The notes beneath the pieces were generated by a model. The model saw nothing but the letters and a program-made list of their open reading frames with translations. It had not been told where the DNA came from and searched no databases. A stretch of 64,000 nucleotides of DNA from a virus. Below, in pieces: positions 19,633 to 28,719 of the stretch (the first letter of the stretch is position 1; every line of letters begins with the position of its first letter). The translations under genes and the position numbers were made by a program. The DNA is taken from positions 38,277-102,276 of IMG/VR virus record IMGVR_UViG_3300017780_002571. The stretch is one strand, 5' to 3'.

Positions 19633-20649
19633 TTAGCGAACCATCATCTGGCGGAAGAACTTGCTTCCGTCAGCACGGCCAGCGTCTGCCAACACGTTTC
19701 CTTCCAAGGCGAAGTTGTTGATGGTATCACCAATCAACGCCATTTCCTTCAGAGGATCGGTCAGGAATCGGAAGATGTCCACAACCACTGGGTTGTTGTT
19801 GTCCGCAGTGTTCAGACCCTCGAAGCGCATCCAGCGCTCTTGAGAACCGTACACCAATGGGTTCACGATGAACTGACTGATGTGGGTGTAATCCACTGCC
19901 AGAGCTGCACCATCAAACACTGCCAGAGGCGTGCCTATGGTGATTGTGCGACCAAAAGTGTTGGTAGCCAGAACCACACCAGTGGGGGTGGCAGACACCA
20001 CGAGGTGGGTTTTTCCGTTCAGGTAGGCTGCATCCGCACCAGAGAAGCCAGCCAAGGCCACGCGGCTGCCAGCCACAGCGGTGTTAGCCACGGTGACGGA
20101 GGTAGTAGCGCCGACCACAACTGCGGTAGGAACCACGCCACCCACGGTACCGTTCGTGGAAATTGGAGTGACAGCACCATCGTTGAACATGATGGACCCG
20201 CCCTCAGGGTTCACCTTGAAGTCGTAGGGGGTAGCGTTGTTCGTGAACGCGGTCAGGGCTTGAGCCCCACGACGAACGGCAACAGCGGATACGCCCAAGG
20301 CACCCAGAGGTGTGACCTTGCCAAAGTAAATCTTGTGAACCTCACCCACTACCGCAGTGGAGGGGCGCTCAGTGCTGCTACCGCGAAGGGCGATAGCCAA
20401 ACCATTGGAGTCAAAGTGCTCCACGGTCATGCTCAAGTTAGCCTTGGTTTCAGTGGTCATGCGCAAGTCGATAGCGCGTGCGCCAGTCTTCGACTCTTTG
20501 TGCTCGATGACCGAGGTAGCCACGGTGATCTTCAGGTCCGACACGTTGCCCACGGGCACTAGGCCTGCAGGGTTGCCAGCCGCATCGCGCATGCCAATAA
20601 GCACAACGCCCTGTCCAGAAAAGTAGTAGTCAGTATTGTCCCATGCCAT
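19633..20649 (-). CDS. Major tail tube protein
   Basis: YFSGQGVVLIG, VGNVSDLKI, RFEGLNTADNNNPVVVDIFR; upstream of chaperones. Confidence 0.88.
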   Translation of the reverse strand: MAWDNTDYYFSGQGVVLIGMRDAAGNPAGLVPVGNVSDLKITVATSVIEHKESKTGARAIDLRMTTETKANLSMTVEHFDSNGLAIALRGSSTERPSTAVVGEVHKIYFGKVTPLGALGVSAVAVRRGAQALTAFTNNATPYDFKVNPEGGSIMFNDGAVTPISTNGTVGGVVPTAVVVGATTSVTVANTAVAGSRVALAGFSGADAAYLNGKTHLVVSATPTGVVLATNTFGRTITIGTPLAVFDGAALAVDYTHISQFIVNPLVYGSQERWMRFEGLNTADNNNPVVVDIFRFLTDPLKEMALIGDTINNFALEGNVLADAGRADGSKFFRQMMVR

Positions 20650-20704
20650 GATGATTCTCCTAAAAAGATGAGTGCAGAGGGGCGCTAGGCCCCCCGAGAG
20701 TTAA

Positions 20705-21718
20705 TTACTTCTTGTTGGTCCAGAAGAGGATCAACGTGGCGGCGGCCAAGTTGGTGGTGGAGCGGATGGCACCAGTGTTAGTGCCGCCAGCCAGAAAAGC
20801 GCCAGACACCCCAACGTTGGTGCAAGCTTCGGCCACTGCAATGGCGTTACCAGTGGCAGGGGACATATGGCTCAGAGTCACCACACCAGTGGTTGGGTGA
20901 GCAGTAGCCACCACATCCAAAGTGCCGAACTTGAACTGGTAGGCGTTGATCAGCTTGGCGAGGTACTGGCCGCAAGCCAAGTCTGAACCCGCTGCGCCAC
21001 CACCGGGGAATGCGGGAGCGGCTGCGCGGGTGTAGAACTGAACGTCACCTGTGGGTGTCGCAGAAGCAGTGAAAGTCACGCCGTTGATTACGGCAGTGTT
21101 AGTCGCCACCACGCTGACGGGGGTCAGGGTTGCAGTGCCAGTGTTGGTGCCTGCAGCAGCCAGAACCGTAACGGTACCAGTCACTTGAATGGCGTTGCCG
21201 GGACCTTCCACGGTTGCAGTCAAGGTAACCACGTTGGCTGCTACCGAAGCCACCACTGCGGATTGACGTTGGCCGTCACCATTCAGTTGAGACTCGTAGC
21301 GGTTCTCGTAGGCATTGATGGCTGCAGCCAAAGATGCGGCCATTGCGTTGTTGTTGCCTGCAGAAATCAGGACATCGTTAGCCTTGGTAGGCACGGCACG
21401 CCATGTGTAGGTGCTACCTTCGATGGTGAGAGTCTCACCCGCTACTGGGTTACCCGAGATGGTGAATGTGGCGGTGGCCTTCACTGGCTGGATAGTGATG
21501 TTGGCGCGGTCACTGACGGGGGGTGCCCAAGTGTCGGCCAGCACGATAGCTTGGATGATCGTGTCTTCAGGACGGATCAAAGCCACGGGCATGTTGGTGC
21601 CAGCGGCTACGCCGTCGATCACTTCAACTTGTGCGCCTTGCATTTCTTGCAGAGCGGCACGCAGCAACTGAGGATTCGCCAACAGGGCGTGAGATTGAGG
21701 AAGGGTATTCAAGGGCAT
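20705..21718 (-). CDS. Virion structural protein with internal duplication
   Basis: A/T/G-rich; two similar blocks ending AAAINAY / AKLINAY; own promoter and AGGAG RBS. Confidence 0.6.
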   Translation of the reverse strand: MPLNTLPQSHALLANPQLLRAALQEMQGAQVEVIDGVAAGTNMPVALIRPEDTIIQAIVLADTWAPPVSDRANITIQPVKATATFTISGNPVAGETLTIEGSTYTWRAVPTKANDVLISAGNNNAMAASLAAAINAYENRYESQLNGDGQRQSAVVASVAANVVTLTATVEGPGNAIQVTGTVTVLAAAGTNTGTATLTPVSVVATNTAVINGVTFTASATPTGDVQFYTRAAAPAFPGGGAAGSDLACGQYLAKLINAYQFKFGTLDVVATAHPTTGVVTLSHMSPATGNAIAVAEACTNVGVSGAFLAGGTNTGAIRSTTNLAAATLILFWTNKK

Positions 21719-21762
21719 GAAAATCTCCTAAAAAATAGGGGTTTAAGATTGAGGACAGGTGG

Positions 21763-21791
21763 ACTCTACCAGATCAAACCGCTGTTTGCAA
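21763..21791 (-). promoter_or_regulatory. Promoter TTGCAA-17-TAGAGT (extended -10) overlapped by palindrome
   Basis: The -35 hexamer overlaps the 21787-21800 palindrome. Confidence 0.55.
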
Positions 21792-21800
21792 TTAATTGCA

Positions 21801-22247
21801 CTAGTCGGATTTCACTGGAACCAGTTGGGCGGCGGTGGTCCACCGTTGCACCCATAGCTGAGAAGTACCCTTCTGAGCTGCAGGGGCCTCTAACTGCCAC
21901 TTCCAAGCATGGCCAGTGGGGGATCGGGTCCCATGAATGGCCGTACGAATGGAATCCAGAAGCTTGTGAGCCACCGTGGTCATATCCACCTGCTTGGATA
22001 CCACGGAGGTCTCACAGAGGAGCAGGATGGAGAAGACGACTTCCGCGCTTATGACGACCTGCTTCCCAGCGTCGGAGGCTGCAGGCCTTGACCCTTCGTA
22101 AAGGACCCCAGCCACAGGCTTCACCGCAGTGGTCATGGACGCCACAAGATCGTCCACGGACAGAACCTTGACGGTCTTGCCAGTCAAGGCTGCTACTGAT
22201 CTAACTTTGGCCTCTAGGTCTAAGGCGCAAGGGGAGACGTAATTCAT
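21801..22247 (-). CDS. Tail terminator (Mu gp37-like)
   Basis: Size and position; AHKLLDSIRTAIHG pattern. Confidence 0.65.
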   Translation of the reverse strand: MNYVSPCALDLEAKVRSVAALTGKTVKVLSVDDLVASMTTAVKPVAGVLYEGSRPAASDAGKQVVISAEVVFSILLLCETSVVSKQVDMTTVAHKLLDSIRTAIHGTRSPTGHAWKWQLEAPAAQKGTSQLWVQRWTTAAQLVPVKSD

Positions 22248-22675
22248 GATTCAAGGGCCTCTGAAATTTTCTTAAAAAACACCTTCAGGGCCAAGTCTGA
22301 ATCGGCGGCGCTGAAGCCAAGGAACTCCCGGCGCTCTTGACCTATTCCAAGCTGGTGCGACTTTGCGTAGGGCACATCGGTACCTATCGCGCCCTCCAAG
22401 GGACTGACGCTGAATAGCTGAATGCTGTGAAACAGAGTACCCGTATCAAACAGGGTACCACCACCCCGCCCAGAGAAGGATCGCTTAAAGGCGGCGAAGG
22501 ATGGGTCCCATGCAACCCCATCTGGAGATACCTGATCTAGGAACCGGGTTCGTGTACGGTTCAATAGGAGGGCCGTAGACTCGGTTACAGCCTCCCGCAG
22601 GGCGTCATCCAGCCCAGCCCCTTCTAAGACGGATAAGACCCCTTCAAGGCCGTCCAGAGAGACTTGTAGGCGCAT
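22244..22675 (-). CDS. Tail completion / virion morphogenesis protein (Mu gpG/P2 gpS-like)
   Basis: RFLDQVSPDGVAW, LFDTGTLFHSI, IGTDVPYAKSHQLG, RREFLGFS. Confidence 0.9.
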   Translation of the reverse strand: MRLQVSLDGLEGVLSVLEGAGLDDALREAVTESTALLLNRTRTRFLDQVSPDGVAWDPSFAAFKRSFSGRGGGTLFDTGTLFHSIQLFSVSPLEGAIGTDVPYAKSHQLGIGQERREFLGFSAADSDLALKVFFKKISEALES

Positions 22676-22676
22676 G

Positions 22677-23351
22677 CTACTCCACGAGTATGGAGCTGAC
22701 AGGCTTCAGGACGTTACCCACCAAGCGCAGGTACAAGGACACCATGTCGGTGCTCAGGGCGTCCAAGGAAGCAGACTTGGAGGCTGCGGCCTGTTGTTGC
22801 TTAGGGTCAGTCACGGCTTGACTGGTGCTGAGCAACATAGATGGCACCAAGCACAGGATAGCTTGCTGCACTTCCATGGGGGTCTTCTCTTGGGAGTCAA
22901 ACCCGGAGCTGTAAGCCACACGGATATGCTTACCTAAAAGGTAGTCGGTGGTGGAGCCTACGCGGCCACGCAGGACCTGAGGCTCTGCAAAGGTGCTGGC
23001 CACCACAGAAACTATTCCCTTGTCGTAATCCACAGAGAAGCCCGAAGTCATAGACTCTTCGCGCCCGTTGGAGTCTATGAGACTCACCGACACTGCAGGG
23101 TCGGCGGCAACCACGCCGTTGGTCAGGCGCAGCTTGTACCGGGTGTTGATCGGGGACCCATCCAGCCCACTGACGTAGAAGGTGTCAACCCGGGACTGAG
23201 GCCGGAGGCACGTCTTGAGGACGGTCTCCAGCTTCAGAGTTGCCCTGACGATGGCGCTGGCGATGGCTGGAGTGGACTCCTCCATCAAGTCTGGATTCTG
23301 CCCCATGGCTTCAAGGGCGTCCGACACTGAAACCAATAGGGGGAATGCCAT
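22677..23351 (-). CDS. Head-tail adaptor
   Basis: IRVAYSSGF...TPMEVQQAIL adaptor motif; position after capsid. Confidence 0.75.
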   Translation of the reverse strand: MAFPLLVSVSDALEAMGQNPDLMEESTPAIASAIVRATLKLETVLKTCLRPQSRVDTFYVSGLDGSPINTRYKLRLTNGVVAADPAVSVSLIDSNGREESMTSGFSVDYDKGIVSVVASTFAEPQVLRGRVGSTTDYLLGKHIRVAYSSGFDSQEKTPMEVQQAILCLVPSMLLSTSQAVTDPKQQQAAASKSASLDALSTDMVSLYLRLVGNVLKPVSSILVE

Positions 23352-23353
23352 GC

Positions 23354-23833
23354 TTACACCGTGACTGGCTTGCTACCCTTGCCGCCCAGAGTTACCTTCT
23401 TGGGAGCAGTGGTGGTAGCTGTGTCGCCCTCAGTTGTAGGGGTCGTTTCACCAGTGGATTCGCCCTCAGCCAATTGGCGCTCAATCTCTGCCTCTTCAGC
23501 AGCCAGACGGGCAGCCTCGACTTCATCCAGTGCAGCAATGCTGTCCAATGTGTGCTCCACGGCACCCGTATCCACCTCACCAGAGAGGCCGGAATCGCGC
23601 AGATCAGAGGCCTGCATGTCGCCGCGAGAGGTGTCCACCTTAGGGGGCAAGTCTGCGGTCAAGCAGAAAAGCTTGGCCCCGGTGGCGATGTTCTTTTCTT
23701 TCTTCAGCTCTGCCCATGCGCTATGCGTCACAGGGTAGCTGCGGTCCTGCTCAAATACGCGAGTCAGTGTGCCGTAGGTCTTCGCACCCACCAAAGAAAT
23801 TTCAACGGTATCAGTCATGTCGGTCTCCATCAC
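23354..23833 (-). CDS. Hypothetical head-associated protein
   Basis: Acidic ORF directly after capsid gene; start may be the internal MTDT. Confidence 0.55.
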   Translation of the reverse strand: MMETDMTDTVEISLVGAKTYGTLTRVFEQDRSYPVTHSAWAELKKEKNIATGAKLFCLTADLPPKVDTSRGDMQASDLRDSGLSGEVDTGAVEHTLDSIAALDEVEAARLAAEEAEIERQLAEGESTGETTPTTEGDTATTTAPKKVTLGGKGSKPVTV

Positions 23834-23844
23834 AAAAAAGTACT

Positions 23845-23882
23845 AAAAAAGAAGAGGGGACTAGCATAACACCAGCCCCCTC
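23845..23882 (-). terminator. Intrinsic terminator after capsid gene
   Basis: GAGGGGGCTGG...CTAGTCCCCTC followed by TTCTTTTTT. Confidence 0.75.
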
Positions 23883-23907
23883 AAGGATCAACTCAGTCCA
23901 CAGACCC

Positions 23908-24843
23908 TTAGGTCATGTTGGTGATCTGAACAATCGCGTCGGCCTCTTCCACTTGGAAGTCCACACGAGCGGTGACCACCACGATGAACTTACGGGCACG
24001 AATGTTCTTGTCGTACTCGATGTTCACTTTGCGCTGGATACCGAACACCAAGTTCTTGGGGTTGGTATAGATGCCACGAGAGTTAGGCATCAGAGGCGCA
24101 GCGTTCACGGCAGAGCCGAACACGGACAGGCTGTTGGCCGACACGAGAGCCGAGTCACCCAGACCAGTCACGCGGTTAGCGATGGTGTCACGGTATTCGG
24201 TTTCGTTGTCCACGGAGACGAAGAACTGGTTGTCACTACGGACGCGCAGGTACTTGTCTGGCATGGTCTTAACGGCGGCCTTGAAGATGTCCTTGCTGAT
24301 GGTTGCGCCTTGAGCGTTCAACACACGAACAGAAGCACGCTTCAGGAAGCCATCGCACAGGGCCAAGTAGGAGTCACCAGACGAGGTGTCACCCAACAAA
24401 GCGAGTTCTTCCAAGTCCAGAGCAACACGCTGACCCACGAGAGTCAGGATGGTGTCATGCAGACCGCCAGCGGACGAGCCCATGGGGGCGTTGATGTTGC
24501 CGCCTTCGATGTTGTCCTCAAACACATCGTAAGGAATGTGGATTTCAGCAATGACTTCCTTGGTAGTCATCATGATGTTGCCCAAGTCAGGACGGGCGCG
24601 GTCAGCATCAGCCAACTCAGTACCGCTGACAGCCGCACGCAGAATGCGAGAGCCAAAGCCGATCTTGTTGATCTTCTTTTGGGGGGCATTCATGGTGACC
24701 ACACGGGCCGCATTGATGATGGTTGGGCTGTCCATCAGGGTTTGGATAAACGAATCGGTCTGCTCGGGCAACAAGAGACCGCCGTTTGCCGACAGGTCCG
24801 CTAGTGCCAGATCAGCCTTTTTCACGAGGGCTTGGTTCTGCAT
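23908..24843 (-). CDS. Major capsid protein (HK97 fold)
   Basis: GGLLLPEQTDSFI, EDNIEG, DLEELALLGDT, NPKNLVFGIQR, ARVDFQVEEADAIV. Confidence 0.93.
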   Translation of the reverse strand: MQNQALVKKADLALADLSANGGLLLPEQTDSFIQTLMDSPTIINAARVVTMNAPQKKINKIGFGSRILRAAVSGTELADADRARPDLGNIMMTTKEVIAEIHIPYDVFEDNIEGGNINAPMGSSAGGLHDTILTLVGQRVALDLEELALLGDTSSGDSYLALCDGFLKRASVRVLNAQGATISKDIFKAAVKTMPDKYLRVRSDNQFFVSVDNETEYRDTIANRVTGLGDSALVSANSLSVFGSAVNAAPLMPNSRGIYTNPKNLVFGIQRKVNIEYDKNIRARKFIVVVTARVDFQVEEADAIVQITNMT

Positions 24844-24876
24844 TTGATACTCCTAGAAAAAGAGATTGATTAAGAC

Positions 24877-26115
24877 TTAGCGGCGACCAGTGCTATTACG
24901 GAGGCCGCGAGGCAAGTACGCTGTGTCGATTTCCCGACCAGACGAACGTGCTTCGGACTTGGTAACTTGCGCGGAGTCCCCAACTTCACTACCCAACACA
25001 ACTGTCCCAGACACAGCTTCGGATGCGGCCTTAGCCACGCCCTCTGCAGTGTCCACGCGAGAAGACAACGCTTTCACGGTGTCACCTACGCTAGCCAAAC
25101 TTCCGGTGAGGGAAGTCAGCATGGATTCCATTTTTGAGGCCATTTCCTCAATCTGCTTACTGACCATTTCGGCAACTGCTTCAGAGGTCACGGCAGCCAC
25201 GGCAGCCACGGGGGCAGCGGTGGCGTTCTGAGTGGCGTCAGCAGCGGGGGCTGTGCCAGCGTCTGCAGCGGGGTCTGCAACGTCAGATTTCTTTGTGTCC
25301 ATAGGCTTCATGGCTTTGGCGCGGTCTTCGCTGCTCATAGTCATGAAATCCATTTTGGCCTTGCCGCTCAAGGTAGCCATGTGGGTCTTCTCTGCATCAG
25401 ACATGGAGGCCTTCAGCACCTCTTCAGCCTCAGCAGCCAGCTCGGCTTCAGTCTTCTCGACTGTGGCTGGGCCTTCATACACGATGCTCTCCAGCTTGAA
25501 GGCTTTGGAGGGTAGACCGGAGACCATGGCCATAGCGTACTGCTTGGCTTCGTCAAACATCTTGCCGACTTGAACCGAGGCAGACTGAGGATTGTCAGAC
25601 TTCTCAGCCAACTGCAGTACGCCAGAGCGGAGCACGTCCACCATGGTGCCTACGCCGGGGTAGAAGCCTTGAGCTTTGCAGGACTCGGCAAAGGAGGTGC
25701 CGTCCGACATGCTCATAGAGATGTTGTAGGGGGAGAAGCTTTTCACAGCCATGACAGCGTGCTCAGACAGGCGGATCAGGACGTGACCCTCAGCCACACC
25801 CTCGCCCTGACCAAAGACCACCGAGCCGTCTTCCAGCTCATCGGCCTTCTCAACAGAGAAGCCTGCCTCAGCGATTTGACCCTTGACGGATTCAAATGCC
25901 TCGGACTTCAGGGTAATTACCCCGGTGATTTCTGGACTAGCTACCACTTTCTCTTTTTTGAAAACGGATGCGAGGTCGAGATGTTTGAGTACGCTCATGG
26001 GTTTCTCCTGCTTGATGACCTTGAACGGGATACGAGTGGCCGCACGGTCAACGAGGGAGATGATCTGCACTTTGGCGTCTTTCATCTCGGTAGCTTTGAA
26101 CGTAAGAGTCGGCAC
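24877..26115 (-). CDS. Capsid scaffold protein with N-terminal protease-type ISLVD segment
   Basis: GTG start; VQIISLVDRAA...FKVIK N-terminus; low-complexity coiled-coil C-terminus; precedes capsid gene. Confidence 0.75.
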   Translation of the reverse strand: MPTLTFKATEMKDAKVQIISLVDRAATRIPFKVIKQEKPMSVLKHLDLASVFKKEKVVASPEITGVITLKSEAFESVKGQIAEAGFSVEKADELEDGSVVFGQGEGVAEGHVLIRLSEHAVMAVKSFSPYNISMSMSDGTSFAESCKAQGFYPGVGTMVDVLRSGVLQLAEKSDNPQSASVQVGKMFDEAKQYAMAMVSGLPSKAFKLESIVYEGPATVEKTEAELAAEAEEVLKASMSDAEKTHMATLSGKAKMDFMTMSSEDRAKAMKPMDTKKSDVADPAADAGTAPAADATQNATAAPVAAVAAVTSEAVAEMVSKQIEEMASKMESMLTSLTGSLASVGDTVKALSSRVDTAEGVAKAASEAVSGTVVLGSEVGDSAQVTKSEARSSGREIDTAYLPRGLRNSTGRR

Positions 26116-26144
26116 TTAGTGATCCCGTGTGAATTGATGGCTGG

Positions 26145-26173
26145 ACTTTATCAGAACCTATTTCTCGCTGCAA
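26145..26173 (-). promoter_or_regulatory. Promoter TTGCAG-17-TAAAGT (extended -10)
   Basis: TGn before the -10; palindrome variant at 26184 just upstream. Confidence 0.5.
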
Positions 26174-26219
26174 CAACTTCTTTTGAAATTAATTGCACTG
26201 AGACGAAATGTACCACAAC

Positions 26220-26810
26220 TTAGCGTATGGACAATTCCTCGACGTGAGAGAAGCGGTGGCTGTGCCCGTCTGCGTCCTCAGTCACGGTACCGCGCTTGAT
26301 GGTGTGGAAGTGATCATTGGTCACGGTAGTCTTCCCGCCAAGGAACGTCCCGTCCTTGTCATACGCCACAAGGAAGTCATGCGTGTGGTCTTCTGCCTTC
26401 TGAGTGAGACCCGAGAGGACGGGCGGAATGTCCATCTCCACAGTCTGGGCGTCTTTGATAACCATGGCCTCGATACTGAAGCCATTGATTTCCCCTTTCT
26501 TCACCTTACCCCACATATCATCGTTGTCGATGTGCATGCCGACAACCCATGCACCTTCGATGAAGTCTGGGTCCCCTTTCCGGGCGATGAAAGATTCAAC
26601 CACGCAGCAACCCTCCACCATGACGTTATCGTGCTGAGAGTCCACGGAGTCCAGCTTCATGGAGCGCAGGAACCCATGAGCCATCTTCTCAATCTCCAGA
26701 GGGCGCATAAACTCCTTGTCCGAGTCTGGGCGCATGGGGGCATAGACCTCTGCGAACACGAGGCGCTTGTCCTCTTCTACGGTTTTGAAGACTGCTTGAT
26801 GAGTTGGCAT
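26220..26810 (-). CDS. Prohead protease, XkdF family
   Basis: Start MPTHQ; RLVFAEVYAP, EIEKMAHGF, VDSQH, VVESFIA, GAWVVG, GEINGFSIEA; C-terminal HxH repeats. Confidence 0.9.
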   Translation of the reverse strand: MPTHQAVFKTVEEDKRLVFAEVYAPMRPDSDKEFMRPLEIEKMAHGFLRSMKLDSVDSQHDNVMVEGCCVVESFIARKGDPDFIEGAWVVGMHIDNDDMWGKVKKGEINGFSIEAMVIKDAQTVEMDIPPVLSGLTQKAEDHTHDFLVAYDKDGTFLGGKTTVTNDHFHTIKRGTVTEDADGHSHRFSHVEELSIR

Positions 26811-26825
26811 ACGCGCTCCACAAAT

Positions 26826-26853
26826 AAAAAAGGGCCGGGAATTAGTCCGGCCC
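26826..26853 (-). terminator. Intrinsic terminator
   Basis: GGGCCGG-N8-CCGGCCC followed by TTTTTT. Confidence 0.8.
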
Positions 26854-26885
26854 AATTATATGGCTGTAATCCAGTTGTGTGCGAC

Positions 26886-27050
26886 CTAGCCTAGCAACGA
26901 GGTAGCCTCCTCAATGGATAGCCCTAGGGCAACCAGTCGCTTTAAAGCCACCTCATACGCGGGGGTTCCCTTGAACTTCGCCCCCGCTAGGATCGGAGCA
27001 TGAGCCTTCGAGGAGGACTTGGGACTTCCAGAAACTGAAATGGTAGGCAT
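26886..27050 (-). CDS. 54-aa protein coupled to MuF gene (not in ORF track)
   Basis: TGATG overlap; MPTISVSGSPKSSSKAHAPILAGAKFKGTPAYEVALKRLVALGLSIEEATSLLG. Confidence 0.6.
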   Translation of the reverse strand: MPTISVSGSPKSSSKAHAPILAGAKFKGTPAYEVALKRLVALGLSIEEATSLLG

Positions 27051-28699
27051 CACTTCCCCATCGCGGCTATAAATCGAGTAACAGACTCGGCATCATCAAA
27101 ATCAAGAGTCCCGGCCCATGTGGTGTCGGACAGCAGGGCCTTCCCTAACTTCAGGTCCGCCAAGGCAAAGATGTTCTTCGGGTCGTTTGAATCCAAGATC
27201 AGGGAGACAGCTTTCTGCTCCACCGGAGAGGCTGAGGTTACCGCTGCCATCTTCTCGACAGAGCGCTTAATCTGAGCCTTCACGAGGCCCCACTGGCGAG
27301 GGCTGAGACTGAATCCGTACTTAGCCCATGCGTAGCCGCTGATGTCGTCGTCAGCCACCATTTGAATGGACTTCATGGAAGTGGACTTGGCGGTTCGGAA
27401 GAGGGCCTTCAGTAACTTCTTGCCAATCCCAACATCGTCCTTGTGTAGCTTAATCAAGCCAACGTAGAGGCTCTGGTTTTTGCGAAAGTAGTAATCCTGA
27501 ACTACTGGATGCTTCGATCCGAATGCTGTGCTCTGGAGCTCTACGTTGACTCCCGTTCGAGTCACTGTCAGATTGCTTAGGCCGATTGCTTTCTGAGGGT
27601 TGGGTGCCTGAGATTCGACCAGTAGTTGATCCGAGGTGGAGCCCGTGAGATTGGCTATGAGTTCGGCTGGTGATGTTTGAATTAGAGTGTTCCATATGCC
27701 TATCTTGTGGTTGGAAAGGTTGATACCCAATTGGAGGAAGTCTTCCTTGGTGGAAACGTACTTCTCCGCAGGGGTGGTGGTAGTCGCTAAGGCGGAAAGG
27801 GCTGGGACGGTGCCCACTTTGGAGAGGAGCCCACGACATCTTGGGTGGAATGGCGGGACATGCCATCCGCGAGACACTAGCTCTGATTCAGTCAGGGTGC
27901 TCATCTCTGCAAGGGCCTGAGAGGACTGGCTAGGCCACGGCTGCAAGCTCTTCAGCTCATCCGGGTCTTGGGTTCGAATAACCGTGTCCAGTAAGGCCCG
28001 GGCGTCAGACACCTTGAAAGTCTTCTTGTGCATCAGAGAACACACCGGGCAGGTGCGCCCATCTAGCTGCTCGTTGATCTGGTAGGTAGTGATCCCAAGG
28101 TACTCAGCCTCAGCGGTGTACCCGAAGGCAGACAGGCGCGAGGTGTGAAGACTGGAAGCTACGTTAAACAGGGCGGACCCCTCGGCGGTCATGAAGCTGG
28201 CGAAGGGTAGTAGGGCACTGGGCTTCTTGGCTGCCTTCAGTACCGAGCCCAAGTAGTCCGAGTCAGCCTTGAGAATGATTGCGAACTTTTCTTCCGGGGC
28301 TGATGCCTTCTCTTTGGCTTGTGCAATTAGCTGCAATCCGGTGGCAATCAGACGCTCCTGTAAGTTGTACTCAATGCCAAGCCTGAAAGACTCTACCCAC
28401 TGGCGAATAGCGCTGCTCTCGAACCCGAGGCCCACTGCGGACGTGCCGGGAGTGCTAGTGACCCGGCTAGCTCCGAACAGAATGGCCACCTTACTGATGT
28501 ACCTGATGTACTCCTCATTCTCAGAGAACACTGAGGACAGCTTCAGGCCGCGTACTAACCCCTCTGCCTCTTCCCAGTTTCCGTCCTCAATGGCCGCCTG
28601 CGCAGCCTTGTAAACCTTGGAGGTTAGGGCCTCCAAGGCGGTAGACATCCGCAGCGACAACGAAGCCTCTAAAGCCAAAAAGGCTGATGGTTTTACCAT
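27050..28699 (-). CDS. MuF/gp7-like minor head protein with C-terminal GNAT-like extension
   Basis: LDGRTCPVC and PPFHPRCR MuF motifs; DVGIGKKLL...GYAWAKYGF. Confidence 0.85.
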   Translation of the reverse strand: MVKPSAFLALEASLSLRMSTALEALTSKVYKAAQAAIEDGNWEEAEGLVRGLKLSSVFSENEEYIRYISKVAILFGASRVTSTPGTSAVGLGFESSAIRQWVESFRLGIEYNLQERLIATGLQLIAQAKEKASAPEEKFAIILKADSDYLGSVLKAAKKPSALLPFASFMTAEGSALFNVASSLHTSRLSAFGYTAEAEYLGITTYQINEQLDGRTCPVCSLMHKKTFKVSDARALLDTVIRTQDPDELKSLQPWPSQSSQALAEMSTLTESELVSRGWHVPPFHPRCRGLLSKVGTVPALSALATTTTPAEKYVSTKEDFLQLGINLSNHKIGIWNTLIQTSPAELIANLTGSTSDQLLVESQAPNPQKAIGLSNLTVTRTGVNVELQSTAFGSKHPVVQDYYFRKNQSLYVGLIKLHKDDVGIGKKLLKALFRTAKSTSMKSIQMVADDDISGYAWAKYGFSLSPRQWGLVKAQIKRSVEKMAAVTSASPVEQKAVSLILDSNDPKNIFALADLKLGKALLSDTTWAGTLDFDDAESVTRFIAAMGK

Positions 28700-28719
28700 G
28701 AGTAGTCTCTTTGGGGGTC

